The notes under the pieces were generated by a model. It searched no databases, had not been told where the DNA came from, and saw only the letters and a program-made list of their open reading frames with translations. Made by a program: the position numbers and the translations under genes. 64,000 nucleotides of DNA, from NCBI RefSeq assembly GCF_009914755.1, contig NC_060926.1. The stretch is one strand, 5' to 3'. This stretch comes from the human T2T-CHM13v2.0 reference genome, Homo sapiens. Below, piece after piece: positions 12,998-25,890 of the stretch. The stretch's first letter is position 1, and every line of letters starts with the position of its first letter.

Positions 12998-13383
12998 AAT
13001 AGGAAAATAGCTTTATGACTTTGCTTCTTAAGCAAGATATAAAAAGCACAGTCCATAAAGAAAAAGACTGATAATTTAGGCTATGCTAAAATTAAGAAAG
13101 TTTGTTTATCAAAGAGACCATTAAGAATGTACAAAAAGCAATCTAGGAGTGGGAGAAAGTATTTGCAGCACATATAACTGACAAGAGACTCATATCTAGA
13201 ATATAGAAAGAACTCTTACAAATCAATGAGAAAAACTAAAAAAAAAAAAAAAAACAAACCAGAAAATTATGAAAGAGACTTGAACAGGTACTGTGTGAAA
13301 GAGTTAATGGCCAGTAAACACATGAAAAAGTTTTCAACCTCATTTAGTCAGAGAAATACAAATTAAAACCATAGTGAGTTTCC

Positions 13384-13929
13384 TGTGGTAGTGTTAAAAT
13401 ATGTCCACAAATTCTTTAGTACTCTTCATTTCAAGAGGTGGAACTTAATTCCCCTCCCCTTGAGTGTGGCTGGACTTGAGTGATTCACCTTAATAAATAG
13501 GATATGGCAAAAGTAATGGTGTATCACTTGCAACACTAAGTCGTGAGACAATGTGGCCTCTCTCTCTCTTTCTCTCTCTTCCCCACACCCCTCTCTCTCA
13601 CAGCACTTGCTGATGCCATGAGGCATGACTCTCATGAGGACAGTCAAGCAGACCTGCTAAGAGGTGCATACAGCGAGAAACTGAGGCCTCTTGCCATCAG
13701 ATCATGTGAGTGAGCCCTCTTGGAAGCAAATCCTATAGCCCCAGTTGAGCCTTCAGATGACAGCAGCCCTGGATAACATCTTGATGGAACCTTGTGAGAG
13801 ACCAGAACCACCCAGACAAGCCACTCCTGGCTTTCTGACCCACACAAACCTTGAAATAATAAGTGTATATTGTTTTAGGCTACTACATTTTGAGGATAAT
13901 TTGTTATGCAACACTAGATAACTAACACA
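13384..13929 (+). mobile_element. MLT1E/F/G-like solo LTR
   Basis: 'tgtggtagtgttaaaatatgtccacaaattc', 'cctccccttgagtgtggctggac', terminus 'agataactaacaca'. Confidence 0.85.
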
Positions 13930-14905
13930 CTACCTTTACTCACCAGAATGGCTAATATTAAGAAGATTGATAGTAACAAGTGTTGATGAGAATGTGGAGC
14001 TACTGGAACTCTCACGGACTGCTGCTGGAAATGTAAATTGAAACAACCATTTTGGAAAACAATTTGGTATTATTTCTATTACTTTCTAAATAATTGAAGG
14101 TATGCATTTCCAATGACCCATCCCTGATGACCCAGCAATTACACTTATGGGAATATACCCAACGGAAAGGTGTATGTGTAAATGTGCGTATCAGGATACA
14201 TATATAGAACATTCCTAACAGCATTATTTATAATAGCCCCAAGCAAAAAATGGACCAAAATTTCATTCACAGTTCATTCATACAATGGAATACTGTAAGC
14301 TATGAAAATTAAGGAATTATGACTATACACAATACCAGGAATAGGTCTCAGAAGCCTAATTTGAGTGAAAGCAGTCTGACACAGAAAAGTCCATGTTATA
14401 TAATTCTATTTAAATGAAGTTACCCTTGGTGAGGTGGAGGGGCCTCAGGGAGTTGGCCTCCCACCTCACCAAATAAGACTCCATGTCTTATTCTTTACCT
14501 GGCTAGTGGTTACATGGCTGTTCACTACATGGTCTGCACATTTTTGTTTTGTACCTTTTTGTGCAAATGTACACTTTTAAAATGAATTACAAAACCACAC
14601 AACCCAACAGCATAACACCAAAAACCACAGTCCCATGAGTCTGTCTTAACAGCCCTCAGAGTGGGCTCAGCAGATCATCCTGGTGTGAGTTCAGTGAGTG
14701 CTGTTTTATCAGGGCCAAACCATGCAGTTGGCCTGTGGTTCTCTAGGGGGCTTGACCTTCAGGAGTCCATGGAATGTGTATTTCTTGGGTAATTCTCCAT
14801 GAAAAATATTGCTTTAATTAAAACTGGAGAACAGAGAGTTTGAGGTAACGTTCTCTGGTGATAGCCTGACGTCCTGTTCCTCAGCTCGGCTGATTCAAGG
14901 TCAAT

Positions 14906-15652
<747 letters not shown>

Positions 15653-16370
15653 CCAATCTGCCCACTTGAGAGAAGGAATGGTGTGATGGTAGAGCTGACA
15701 CCCTTGAAAGAAGGCCAGGGAGTCTCAGCCTGATTCTTACCTGAACATGTAACAACATCCTGCCCTGGACTGGGGCTGCCTGCGATGTGTCTGCCAATGG
15801 GGCCATGAGTGCCTGGATTGTGTGCTCCCCCACTGTGGATGAGGGGATCCGAAAGCTGGCCACCACGCGATGTGGGTGGTGGGGATTTAGGCTGGATATT
15901 TCCAAAGCTGGAGTTACCAATTGCCCCAAGGCCCAAGAAACATCTCAACATACAGTTCTCATCATGTCTTTAATTTCAAACGGTGTAATTGGGTCTCTTC
16001 AGGATACTGCTGTGGAGTGACCGAGGTGACTGTATGGGGTCATGGCTCCAGTCACTTCCCACATCCTTCTGCTCATGGAAGCAGCCTCAGCTGTTCTGGC
16101 CCAGCGGACACCACTGATTTTACCACAAGGTCACCTGATCCCAGGCAGCCTGGCTCCCGGCTGCCCAGTGACCCATGGAGCAGGTGATGGTGGTTCCTGA
16201 ACTGCTCTGATGTGATCCCTCTGTCATTCCTGATCCTTCAGGGCCAGAGAGGCAGCAGCCCCCACCCACAGCAAGACCCCGAAAATTTGGGCAAGAGCTT
16301 GGGGCTGTGTTCTCTCTCAGAAGCTGGGGGTACTCTGGTTCTGCACACAGCTGTCCCCAGTCTGTCCCAT

Positions 16371-16560
16371 ATTTCCTGGGTATATACCACAGAGTGGAAT
16401 TGCTTGGCCAAATTGTCACTTTATGGTTAGTTTTTTGAGGGACTGCTAGACTGTTTTCCAAAGTGGCTGCACCATTTTACGTTCCCACCAGCAGTGTATG
16501 AAGGTTCCAGTTTCTCCACATCTGCACCAACACTCGTGAATTTTTATCTGTTTGATTAGT
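16371..16560 (-). repeat. L1 fragment, near-duplicate of ~17925-18114
   Basis: Shares unusual strings such as 'gtgaatttttatctgtttgattag' with the downstream L1. Confidence 0.8.
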
Positions 16561-17276
16561 CATAGCTGGGCCTCATCTCCACCCATGCTCTAAGAGAAAG
16601 CCTGCCTGGGAGGAGAAGAAGTCAGCCAGCAGGGGAGGGTGTCCCACCAAGTATCAGGAGCTTTGGTTTGCAAGAAACAGCACATCTACCTCAAATTGGT
16701 TTGAACAGTAAGGATCATTTTTATAAGTAGAGATATTCACATACCATAAAAATCACCACTTAAAAGTGTACAATTCCGTGGTGTTTTTTTTTTTAGCTTA
16801 TTCATAGAGTTGTGCAACAATCATCATTAATTCCAGAACATTTCATCCCCCCCAGATAGGAACCCTACTCCCATTCCTTTCTGCCCCCAGCTTCTGGCAA
16901 CCATGAACCTATGATATGGTTTGGATGTTTGTCCCCTCCAAATCTCATGTTGAAATGTAATCCCCAGTGTTGGGGGGAGGCCCGGTGGGAGGTGTTTGGC
17001 TCATGGGGGCAGATCCCTCATGAATGGCTTAGTGCCATCCCCATGGTGATGAGTGAGTTGGTGAGATCTTGCTGTTTAAAATTGTGTGGCACCCACCCTC
17101 TGTCTCGCTCCTGTTCTCACCATGTGATGGACCTGCTCCCCCTTCACCTTCCACCATGATTGTAAGCTTCTTGAGGCCCTCGCTAGAAGCACATGCTGGA
17201 GCTATGCTGGTACAGCCTGCAGAACCGTGAGTCAATTAAACCTCTTTTCTTTATAAATTATCCAGCCTCAGGTATT

Positions 17277-17319
17277 TCTTGATCTGCAGTCCAATGCTCT
17301 ACCACTGAGCTATACACTC
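17277..17319 (-). pseudogene. tRNA-Cys(GCA) 5' fragment (tailless retrocopy)
   Basis: Minus strand GAGTGTATAGCTCAGTGGTAGAGCATTGGACTGCAGATCAAGA vs recalled tRNA-Cys GGGGGTATAGCTCAGTGGTAGAGCATTTGACTGCAGATCAAGA (40/43); T-arm and 3' acceptor strand absent. Confidence 0.9.
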
Positions 17320-17322
17320 TCC

Positions 17323-17598
17323 TTTTTTTTTTTGAGATGGAATTTCACTCTGTTGCCCAGGCTGGAGTGCAGTGGTGTGGTCTTGGCTCTCCTGGGTTCA
17401 AGCAATTGTCCTGCCTCAGCTTCCCAAGTAGCTAGGATTACAGGTGTGTGCCACCATGCCTGGGTAATTTCTGTATTTTAAGTAGAGACGGGAGCTCACC
17501 ATGTTGGCCAGGGTAGTCTCGAACTCCCGACCTCAAGTGATCCACTCACCTCGGCCTCCCAAAGTGCTGGGATTACAGGCGTGAGCCACCGCGCCCAG
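17323..17598 (-). mobile_element. AluS with a small right-arm deletion, fused to the tRNA fragment
   Basis: Reverse Alu with an 11-nt tail; shares TSD cagcctcag(g/a)tatttctt (17263-17280 / 17601-17618) with the tRNA piece. Confidence 0.95.
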
Positions 17599-19279
17599 TG
17601 CAGCCTCAGATATTTCTTTATAGCTATGCAAGAATGGCCTAACACAAGGTACTTGCTGTTTCTTTTGATGTGCCTATACTTCATGCTTTATGTAAAATTG
17701 ACAACTCTGTGCTTGGCTTCTTTCACTCAGCACTACAGGGTCTCAAGATTTATTTGTGTTGTCGCATGTATCAGTATTTCATTTCTTTATATTGCTGAAT
17801 AGGATTCTATTGCATAAATATACCTCATTTCCTTTATCCATTCATCAGCTGATGACCATTTGGGTTGTTTCCACTTCTTGGCTATTATGAATAATGCTGC
17901 TATTGTGCAGGCAAACTTTCATTTTTCTTGGGTATATACCACAGAATGGAATTGCTTGGCTAAATTTGTTAACTCTATGGTTAGTTTTTTTGAGAAACTT
18001 CTAGACTGTTTTCCAAAGTGGCTGCATCATTTTACATTCCCACCAGCAGTGCGTGAAGGTTCCAGTTTCTCCACATCCTCACCAACACTTGTGAATTTTT
18101 ATCTGTTTGATTAGAGCCATCTTAGCGTGTGTGTGAAGTGATGTTCCACTGGGGTGTTGATTTGCACTTTCCTAATAAATGGTGACATTGAGTACCATCC
18201 ACTGTGTTCATAGGTCATTTGCATACCTTCTTTGGAGAAATGTTTATTCAAATACTTTGCCTGTTTTAAAATTAGATTACTTGCCTTTTTATATTCTGGT
18301 TATAGGCCCTTATCAATTATATGAGTTAAGAATATTTTTTCCCATTCTGTGGGTTGTTTTTTTCACTTTCTTGATAGTGTCCCTTGATAAACAAAGTTTT
18401 AAATTTTGATGAAGTCCAATTTATCTATTTTTTTCTTTGGTTACTTGTATTGTAGACATCATATCTAGGAAACCATGGCCAAACTCAAGGTCATGAAGAT
18501 TTTCACCTGTGTTTTCTTCTAAGAGTTTTATAGTTTCAGCTCTTACTTTTAGACTTTGATTCATTTTGAATTAATTTTTGTATGTGGCATGAGGTAGGGG
18601 TTCAAATCAATTCTTTTGCATGTCACTATCTCGTTGTCCTACTGCCTTTGTTTAACTGTCTTGGCACCTGGTTGAAACTCAGATGACCACAAATGTATGA
18701 GTTTATTTCTGACTCTCAATTCTATTCCATTAATCTATTTGTCTGTCCTTGTGCCTGTACAACACAGTTTTGATTACTGTAGCTTTGTAGTAAGTTTTGA
18801 GATTGGGAAATGCAAATCCTCCAAATATTTCCTTCCTTTTCAAGATTGTTTTGACTACTCTGAGTTCCTTGGATTCTCATATGAATTTTAGAATCAGCTT
18901 GCCCATTTCTGTGAAAAAGACCTTTAGAATTTTGATAGGAATTGCATTGAGTCTGTTGATCAATTTGGGAAGTGCTGACATTTCAGCAATAGTAAGTCTT
19001 CTGATCCATGAACACCAGCTGTCTTTTCATTTACTTTAGTCTTCTTTATTCTTTTTCAATAATGTTTTGTAGTTTTTAATGTACAAGTTTTATACTTTTG
19101 TTAAACTTATTATATTTATTATATAGATGTTATATATATATTTTAAAGGACTTTTGCTATTGTAGTTTTTCTTATGGGCACATTACTACATTCATATTGC
19201 TGTGCAAAATCAAATTTCTGTTGCTAAGGACGATAGAGGAAAGCATGGATATTTTTGTAGGCAACCAGCGGTTCCGACC

Positions 19280-19600
19280 ACATTGTCTGCTGTAAATGAA
19301 ATTCAAGAACCCTGGCTTCATTGCTCCATGATTCTGCCTGTGCTTGACTCTGCAGCCAGTCTCATCTCAGGCCGACTTCCGTCATGGCAGCAACACAGCT
19401 ACCACTGTTCCAGGCCTCACTCCTGCACGATGACATGAGCTAGAGCTAGAGGAAGCACCTGTGTCTTAGAATTCCTGGCATGGTGTCCTGAGATTCAGTC
19501 TGATGGGACCAACTTAGGTCTTATGCTCACGTCTGAACCAGCCGCCGAGGCCCAGTGAATGGAATTTGCTGTCACATGTCTCACCTCCTGGAACTGGGAC
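19280..19600 (-). mobile_element. Old MLT1 (J/K-like) LTR; other end probably at 16651-16720
   Basis: 'aacttaggtcttatgctcacgtctgaacca'; 'tatcagg...ttggtttgcaagaaacag' upstream of the L1. Confidence 0.5.
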
Positions 19601-19999
19601 AAACCAAGGTGTGGGCCCCTGTGTCCACTTACTTCTGCCACTCTCCAGCACTGAGACAGAGAGCCCGGGCTGCCTGGGCATGGAAGCCTTGTTGGAAGCC
19701 TTCTTATTCTCTTTCCTGGCTTCCAACCTAGTGAGCTGAGAGCTATTGCCTCAGTGGACCCCTCACCCCAACTCCATTCTGGCAGGAGTCTGGTCGTCCT
19801 TCCCACTGTCCCCAAAGTTCAAGTTGTGTGATGACCATGACTTACTTTACCCAATGAGTACAACATGCATGTCAAATGAGGATTTGGGAACTCCGCTTGT
19901 CTTTTCCATCTTCCAGCTTTTTCAGAGGTATATTCGTGTCCTGCCTCAGACTCCTGGGCTCTCACACTTGACCTTAGGTTTTGGTGGCTGAGAGGGTGG

Positions 20000-20190
20000 T
20001 GGTCAGGTAGCCTGTGAATCCTGGCCCCACCATCAACCAGCTGGGCACCCTTGGGCATGTCACTTACCCTTTCTAAGCCTCTGTTTTCTCAATTACGATG
20101 TATTTTGGGTGAAGGTTCTGCCTACCTTGCCGGGCTGGGAGAATGAAATGGGATGATTTTGTAAAGGGCACTCAATACGTTTCAAGTCTC
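20000..20190 (+). mobile_element. MIR fragment
   Basis: 'ccttgggcatgtcacttaccctttctaagcctctgttttctc'. Confidence 0.6.
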
Positions 20191-20275
20191 AGTAGACAGA
20201 GGTGAAGGCAATGCTCTGCCAATCCTTTGCTGTCCGTCTGTTCACACTGAGCCCTGGAAGCTGTACATGCCCCTA

Positions 20276-20653
<378 letters not shown>

Positions 20654-21348
20654 TCACTGAAGCCAAACCATCATCATCCTCTTGGGCAAAAGGTTTATTG
20701 GCATTTAGCTTCCTTCTGACAGCTCCTGCCTATGCGGGGGAAGGTAATGCCAGCAGCCTCACACTTACCTCCTCCCAGCCTGCTTCCTCCAAGGAGAGAC
20801 TGCTCAGAAGCCCTGGGGAATGGGGAGGAATATGGAGCAGGCTAGGTCAAGTCTACCAAGAGTAACCAGAAGTAAGGGCGGGATAGGCTTTCAGAGTGGA
20901 CCCCAAACCCCACCGCCACCAACCAGAGCACGGGAGACCAATGAGGACCAGGCTGTGGGGCCCTCTGGGACGGACCACTCCAGCAGCATTGAGTCTCTGG
21001 CTGGGTGAATTGACACTTGGCAGGGCGTGCCAGCCGTGGTTTTCTCGCGCCTTTCTCGCCTCATTGTGCTCTGGGCAGTCTCAGAGGTCCTGCCTCTCAG
21101 CCCTGAGGCTGTTTCACACCTCTGCCATTGCCTCTTCCTGCACCCAGGGCTCGCCTTTCCTTCTCCTGGGCATGAGGGCATCCTGGCTGCCCTCTCATAG
21201 CCTGGCTTCTGCTAGCCTTCTTCGTGGGGCTCCCAGCCCCTGGACCACAGCTGACTGGAGTAGATGCTTGGAAAAAGCTTGGTGGCCGCAGCTGGGTCGG
21301 GCAGCCGCTGCACCTCGGGCCTCAGCTAGACTGCTGCTAAAGGGCAGG

Positions 21349-21686
21349 GATATGGCTTGATGTGTGTTCTCTCCAAGCCTCACGTTGCCTGGTGGGAGGT
21401 GTTTGGGTCAGTGGGGTGGGGCCCTCATGACTGGCTTAGTGCCCTCCTTGTGGTAATGAGTTACCATGAGATCTGATTGTTAAAAAGCGTCTGGACCTCC
21501 CTCTCCTCTCTCTTGCTCCCCTCTCACCATGGGACATGCCTGCTCCCCTTTCCCCTTCTGTCATGTGTGAAAGCTCCTTGAGGCCTCCCCAGAAGCGGAG
21601 CAGATGCTCCCAGAGCCAATTAAACCCCCTTTCTGTATAAATTGTCCAGCTTCAGGTATTCCTTTACAGCAACACGAAGTGGATTG
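21349..21686 (+). mobile_element. MST-family LTR with deletions
   Basis: 'cctggtgggaggtgtttgggtca', 'tgaggcctccccagaagc', 'ccaattaaacc...caggtattcctttacagcaacac'. Confidence 0.8.
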
Positions 21687-22167
21687 GCCGTCGGTTTTGG
21701 GGTCAGTGGACCACGTCAAGTCTAACCTGTTTGACTCAGTCCACTCCCTTCTGGAGGGGCCCTTGCCCTGTCAGTCTGCAAACCACCAGGCTTCTTGCTG
21801 CTCCACCTGTGTCCCTGCTCAGCATGCCTGGCGGCCGTGGGACCCTGAGTGTCCAGGGCACTGATGCCAATGGGGAGATCACAGCCGATTTCACCAGAAA
21901 GCAGGGCATCCTGACAACAGAGACCAGGCTTCCCCATGGCACCAGCGCCCAGCTGATGGCCCGTGCCCCCGGGGCCTCTCCAGGCCACAGGCTCATCCTC
22001 TCTCCAACCCTGGCCAGACATCTTCTCCCTTCACTTGCTTGAGTCCCATCAGGGGCTCCCCAGTTAGGCTGGTGCTTCCAGAAGGTGGAGACCAGATCCC
22101 CTGCCTCCCAAGTCCTGATGGCACCTCCTGCAGTTCTTTGCACCTTGTTCAGTCAGGGGTGATGTAG

Positions 22168-22728
22168 TAGTGTTCTCAAACTTTTTGATGCCAGCACCCC
22201 TTTACACCCTTAAAAATAGGGAGGACCCTAAAGAGCTCCTGTTTTGTGTGCGTCTTTTCAGTGATGTGCCTCAGCTGTCTCACCAGCTGGCAAGAACTGA
22301 CTGTGCACTTTCTTTCCACCTCTGCACCCAGTGATGTTATTTTGGTGGCTTAACATCGATCATGGTGAAAATATTTACACCACGGAAAGTGGCAAATACT
22401 GCATAGTGGGGCCCTATGGCTTGGAGAGCTGGTGGTTTAACATCCTCCAGCACTCCGTGGTTACAACTGTGTTCACTACATTAGAGTTTAAAACTGATAA
22501 ATTTGCAAAACACGGGAAGACAGAAGCACACGTTTTGTCAGCCATCAGGGTGAGGCTGCGTTATGCATCAAGAGCCTCTGAAAGCCCCCTGGATACCTCT
22601 GTGAGAAAATGCATGAGAAAGGCAAATCAGGGCTCCGTGTTACTGTGAAAGTAAGTCCGGTCTTTCTGATCCCTGGAAAGATCCTGAGACGCTGGGGGGT
22701 CCCCCAGGCCGCCTTTGGAACATCGCTG
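22168..22728. mobile_element. hAT-Charlie-type non-autonomous element containing a MER63-like hAT insert (~22259-22460)
   Basis: TIR-like ends 'tagtgttctcaaacttttt' / 'tttggaacatcgctg'; inner 'cagtgatgtgc...aatatttacaccacggaaa...gagagctggt..tttaacat..ccagcac'. Confidence 0.65.
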
Positions 22729-23076
22729 GTGTAGACTCAGATGTGGGTCAGGCTGTCTGCTTCATTCTGTGCTGGCTGAGTGACCTTGGGCAAATCACAC
22801 ACCTTCTCTCAGGGTCAGTTTCTTCATTGTGAAATGGAGATGATGGGGTTATTGAGGTCTACAGGAGAGAGACTGCAGAAAGCCCCAGGCAGAGCTCGGC
22901 CCTACAGAGGCTGCTCCGCCATTGCAGGTCTGCTCTGTCCTTCCCAGTCTCCTGCCCCAATGGCTGGAGGCCGCTGGGCAGAGCCCAGCTGGTTTTGCAG
23001 GAGGTGATACAAGTGTGACACCGTGTCATTCATACAATACCCATCGTAATTTTCACAGTATCATGGGTATCTGTAC

Positions 23077-23448
23077 TGTTATGGACTGAATGCTTGTGCC
23101 CCCCAAATTCATACATTGAAGCCCTAACTCCCAATGTGAAGATCTTAGGAGGAAGTGGAGCCTTTGGGAGGTGATTAGGCTTAGGGGAGGTCATGAGGCT
23201 GGGTCCTGACCTGATGATGGGATTAGCGCTCTTCTAAGAAGAGACACGGGAGACGATCTCTCTCCACCATGTGAGGATACAGTGAGAAGGTGGCCACCAG
23301 CAAACCAGGAAGCAGGCCTTCACCAGGCACCACATCTGCCAGCACCTTGATCTTGGACTTCAGCCTCCGGAACTGTGAGAAACACGCATCTGCTGCTAAG
23401 CCTCCCAGGCTGTGGTACTACCTTAGAGCAGGCAGAGCTGACCAGATA
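23077..23448 (+). mobile_element. MLT1A/B-like solo LTR
   Basis: 'tgttatggactgaatg..tgtgccccccaaattcatacattgaagccctaac', 'accttgatcttggacttcagcctcc'. Confidence 0.9.
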
Positions 23449-24204
23449 GCTCCCTGGGTGCATGTGCTTTATGGAAGCACTTCAGCAAGGGTGGTGGGGA
23501 CAGCAGTGGTTGCCTTCATCCTGAGAGACAAGCTGAAAAGAGAATTGAGGGTACCCTGGGAGGTGAGGAGGGTCCTCGGTGGAAACTGGAGGGTCATGCA
23601 GGTAGGGGGCACGGGCCTTCCATCGCGTGGTGGCCCAGACTGATGTGCTGCTCTGTCCCCAGCTTCCTTGAGCAGGGAGAGGATTAAAGCGGGGCCAGGG
23701 CAGAGCCAGACACCTCTGTCCATCTGGTGTGTCCAGGAGGCTGGAGCTTCCTGTGAGTGCAGAGTGCACCACCGAGCGTGGCTGACCTGGTGCTGTGCTG
23801 TGGATGCACCCAGGAGGGCTGGGATCTGGCAGGCTTGGAACCTTGTCGGGTGTATCCTCAGGGGAAGAGGCCACCCCTAGTGCAGTCCCTGGCACTGCAG
23901 CCCTAAGCCTCTGCTCTGCCCTGAGACAGGAGCGTGGAGGGGAAATGCACATTTAACTAGACTCCAGTGCACGGACACCTTTTCTTCTGGACTGGATTTT
24001 TATACTTGGATGTGTCTAAAGAGAGATTTAACACATATGGCTGAAGGCAGTGATTGGAGGACAAATAAAATTGTTTTGCACTTGAGCCACTGAGATGAGA
24101 TTCTTAGGCAGGCTCACCGCACGTGTTTAACCTCCCAGCTCCTCTAGGCCCTGTGCAGAGTGTGGGAGGGCTCAGTCCAGGCAGGAGCTGCTGGAAAGAT
24201 GCTT

Positions 24205-24520
24205 TTGTCCTGCCTGCTGTCCCCTGTCTGTCGTCCTGTCTACCATCCCATCTACTGTCCCCATCTGCCGTCTCCATCTACTGTCCCCTGTCTGCTGTCC
24301 CATCTACCGTCCTCTGACTACTGTCTCCTGTCTGCGGTCCCCTGTCTACTGTTCTGTCTGCTGTCCCCTGTCCACTGCCCCCTGTCCCCTGCCTGCTATC
24401 CCCTGTTCCCTGCGTGCAGTCCTCGTCTGCTGTCTCTTGCCTGCCATCCCCTGTCTGCTTTCCCTGTCTCCTGTTCCCTGTCTACGGTCCTCTGTCTGCC
24501 ATATTCTGTCTGCTGTGGCC
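24205..24520. repeat. Degenerate (CTGTCC/CTGT)-type low-complexity tandem repeat
   Basis: Recurrent ctgtcccctgtctg units with a strong pyrimidine strand skew. Confidence 0.8.
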
Positions 24521-25053
24521 CCTGAGGGCTGGGCCTTCCTGAAGATCATGGCGTTGGGATGGTGTCCCCCAGGGCTGCATTACCAGCGATGATTAGAGCC
24601 ACTGTTCCTCCTTGGAGCTGCCCCACTGAGGCCTGCAGGCAGCTCTGGGGGTGCGCAGAGGAAATCTATGTGCTAGGTTGGGGGTGGGGCAGGAGTTCCA
24701 CCCTGTCTTGGGAGGGTGGGGGGTGGGTTTTCCTTCCCAGACCACCCTGGAGCCCCAGCTCCACTCTCTGACTCCCAGGAGGCTGAGTGAGCTGCGGTGC
24801 AGGCAGAGGCCTGAGAAGGGGCACATTTTTGAGATTCCAAGCATGTCTGCATCCTTTCCAGACTCAGCTCCGGGGAAGGCAGGAGCGGTGCCGAGTTGGT
24901 GGCTTGGGCTCCAGTCAGTCTCCACCCCAAGCGACTGGGGTGGGGCTTTCCAGAATGTTGTCAGATGAAACTTGCTCCACAGGGGACTCAGGAAGGGGGT
25001 GGGAGACTTAGGCCCCAGGGCGTGTGGTACCAAGGAAAGGGCACCAAAAATGA

Positions 25054-25388
<335 letters not shown>

Positions 25389-25890
25389 CAGAACATCCTT
25401 TTAAAGGAGATTTATTTGGGATATCATACTGAAACACTAAAAGTAACATTTTTTTAAAGCTCTATTTTAACTTAAATTTCGGGTATGATGATACCTACGC
25501 ATTAACAAAGATAAGGTGTGTGTGTAAGATACTAGTGACACAGTGGTGAACTATGAATATGTCACTGGACATCTGGTTCTTGGGATATGATCTTAGAAAG
25601 GGTTGCTCAATTTCTTTGGACCCCCAGGAGCCTTGAACCCAGGTTGGTGGCCTGATGCCCCTACCACTGGGCCTGTGCCTGCCTTCTCACTGTGAGGGAT
25701 TTCCTCCTCTTCGGCTGGCCACCCACCTATCCTGCTGAGCCCCCTTTGCAAGGGCTTGGAGCGTGAGGGGAGTAGCAGCTTTCCTGGACTTTACCACGTG
25801 CTGCAATTTTCCTTGTAAGATTGGCTGTTTCCCTCCACGAAGTCTCTGCAGAGCGTGCGCATTGTGCAGATGGGTAGTGAGAGAGGCTGG

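Larger units (their letters stand above)
12150..14600 (+). mobile_element. Old L1 ORF2/3' UTR, interrupted by two LTRs
   Basis: Collinear L1 motifs ('aataaatggtgctggga', 'cttgacccctacctcacacca', 'tagaatatagaaagaactcttacaaatcaa', 'gacccagcaatt') on both sides of the LTR insertions. Confidence 0.8.
16912..17646 (+). mobile_element. MSTB-like solo LTR carrying the Alu-tRNA insertion
   Basis: 'tgatatggtttggatgtttgtcccctccaaatctcatgttgaaatgtaatcccc' ... 'aagaatggcctaacaca'. Confidence 0.9.
16720..19120 (-). mobile_element. Old L1 (L1MB/MC-like) 3' UTR + ORF2 fragment, host of MSTB
   Basis: 'aagtgtacaattc', 'cttctggcaacca', 'ttggcttctttcactcagca', 'ttttcttctaagagttttatagttt', 'aattttgataggaattgcattga'. 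Confidence 0.88.

Noticed and set aside
17277-17319. Functional tRNA-Cys gene
   Set aside because: Only the 5' ~43 nt are present; there is no T-arm/B box or acceptor 3' strand.
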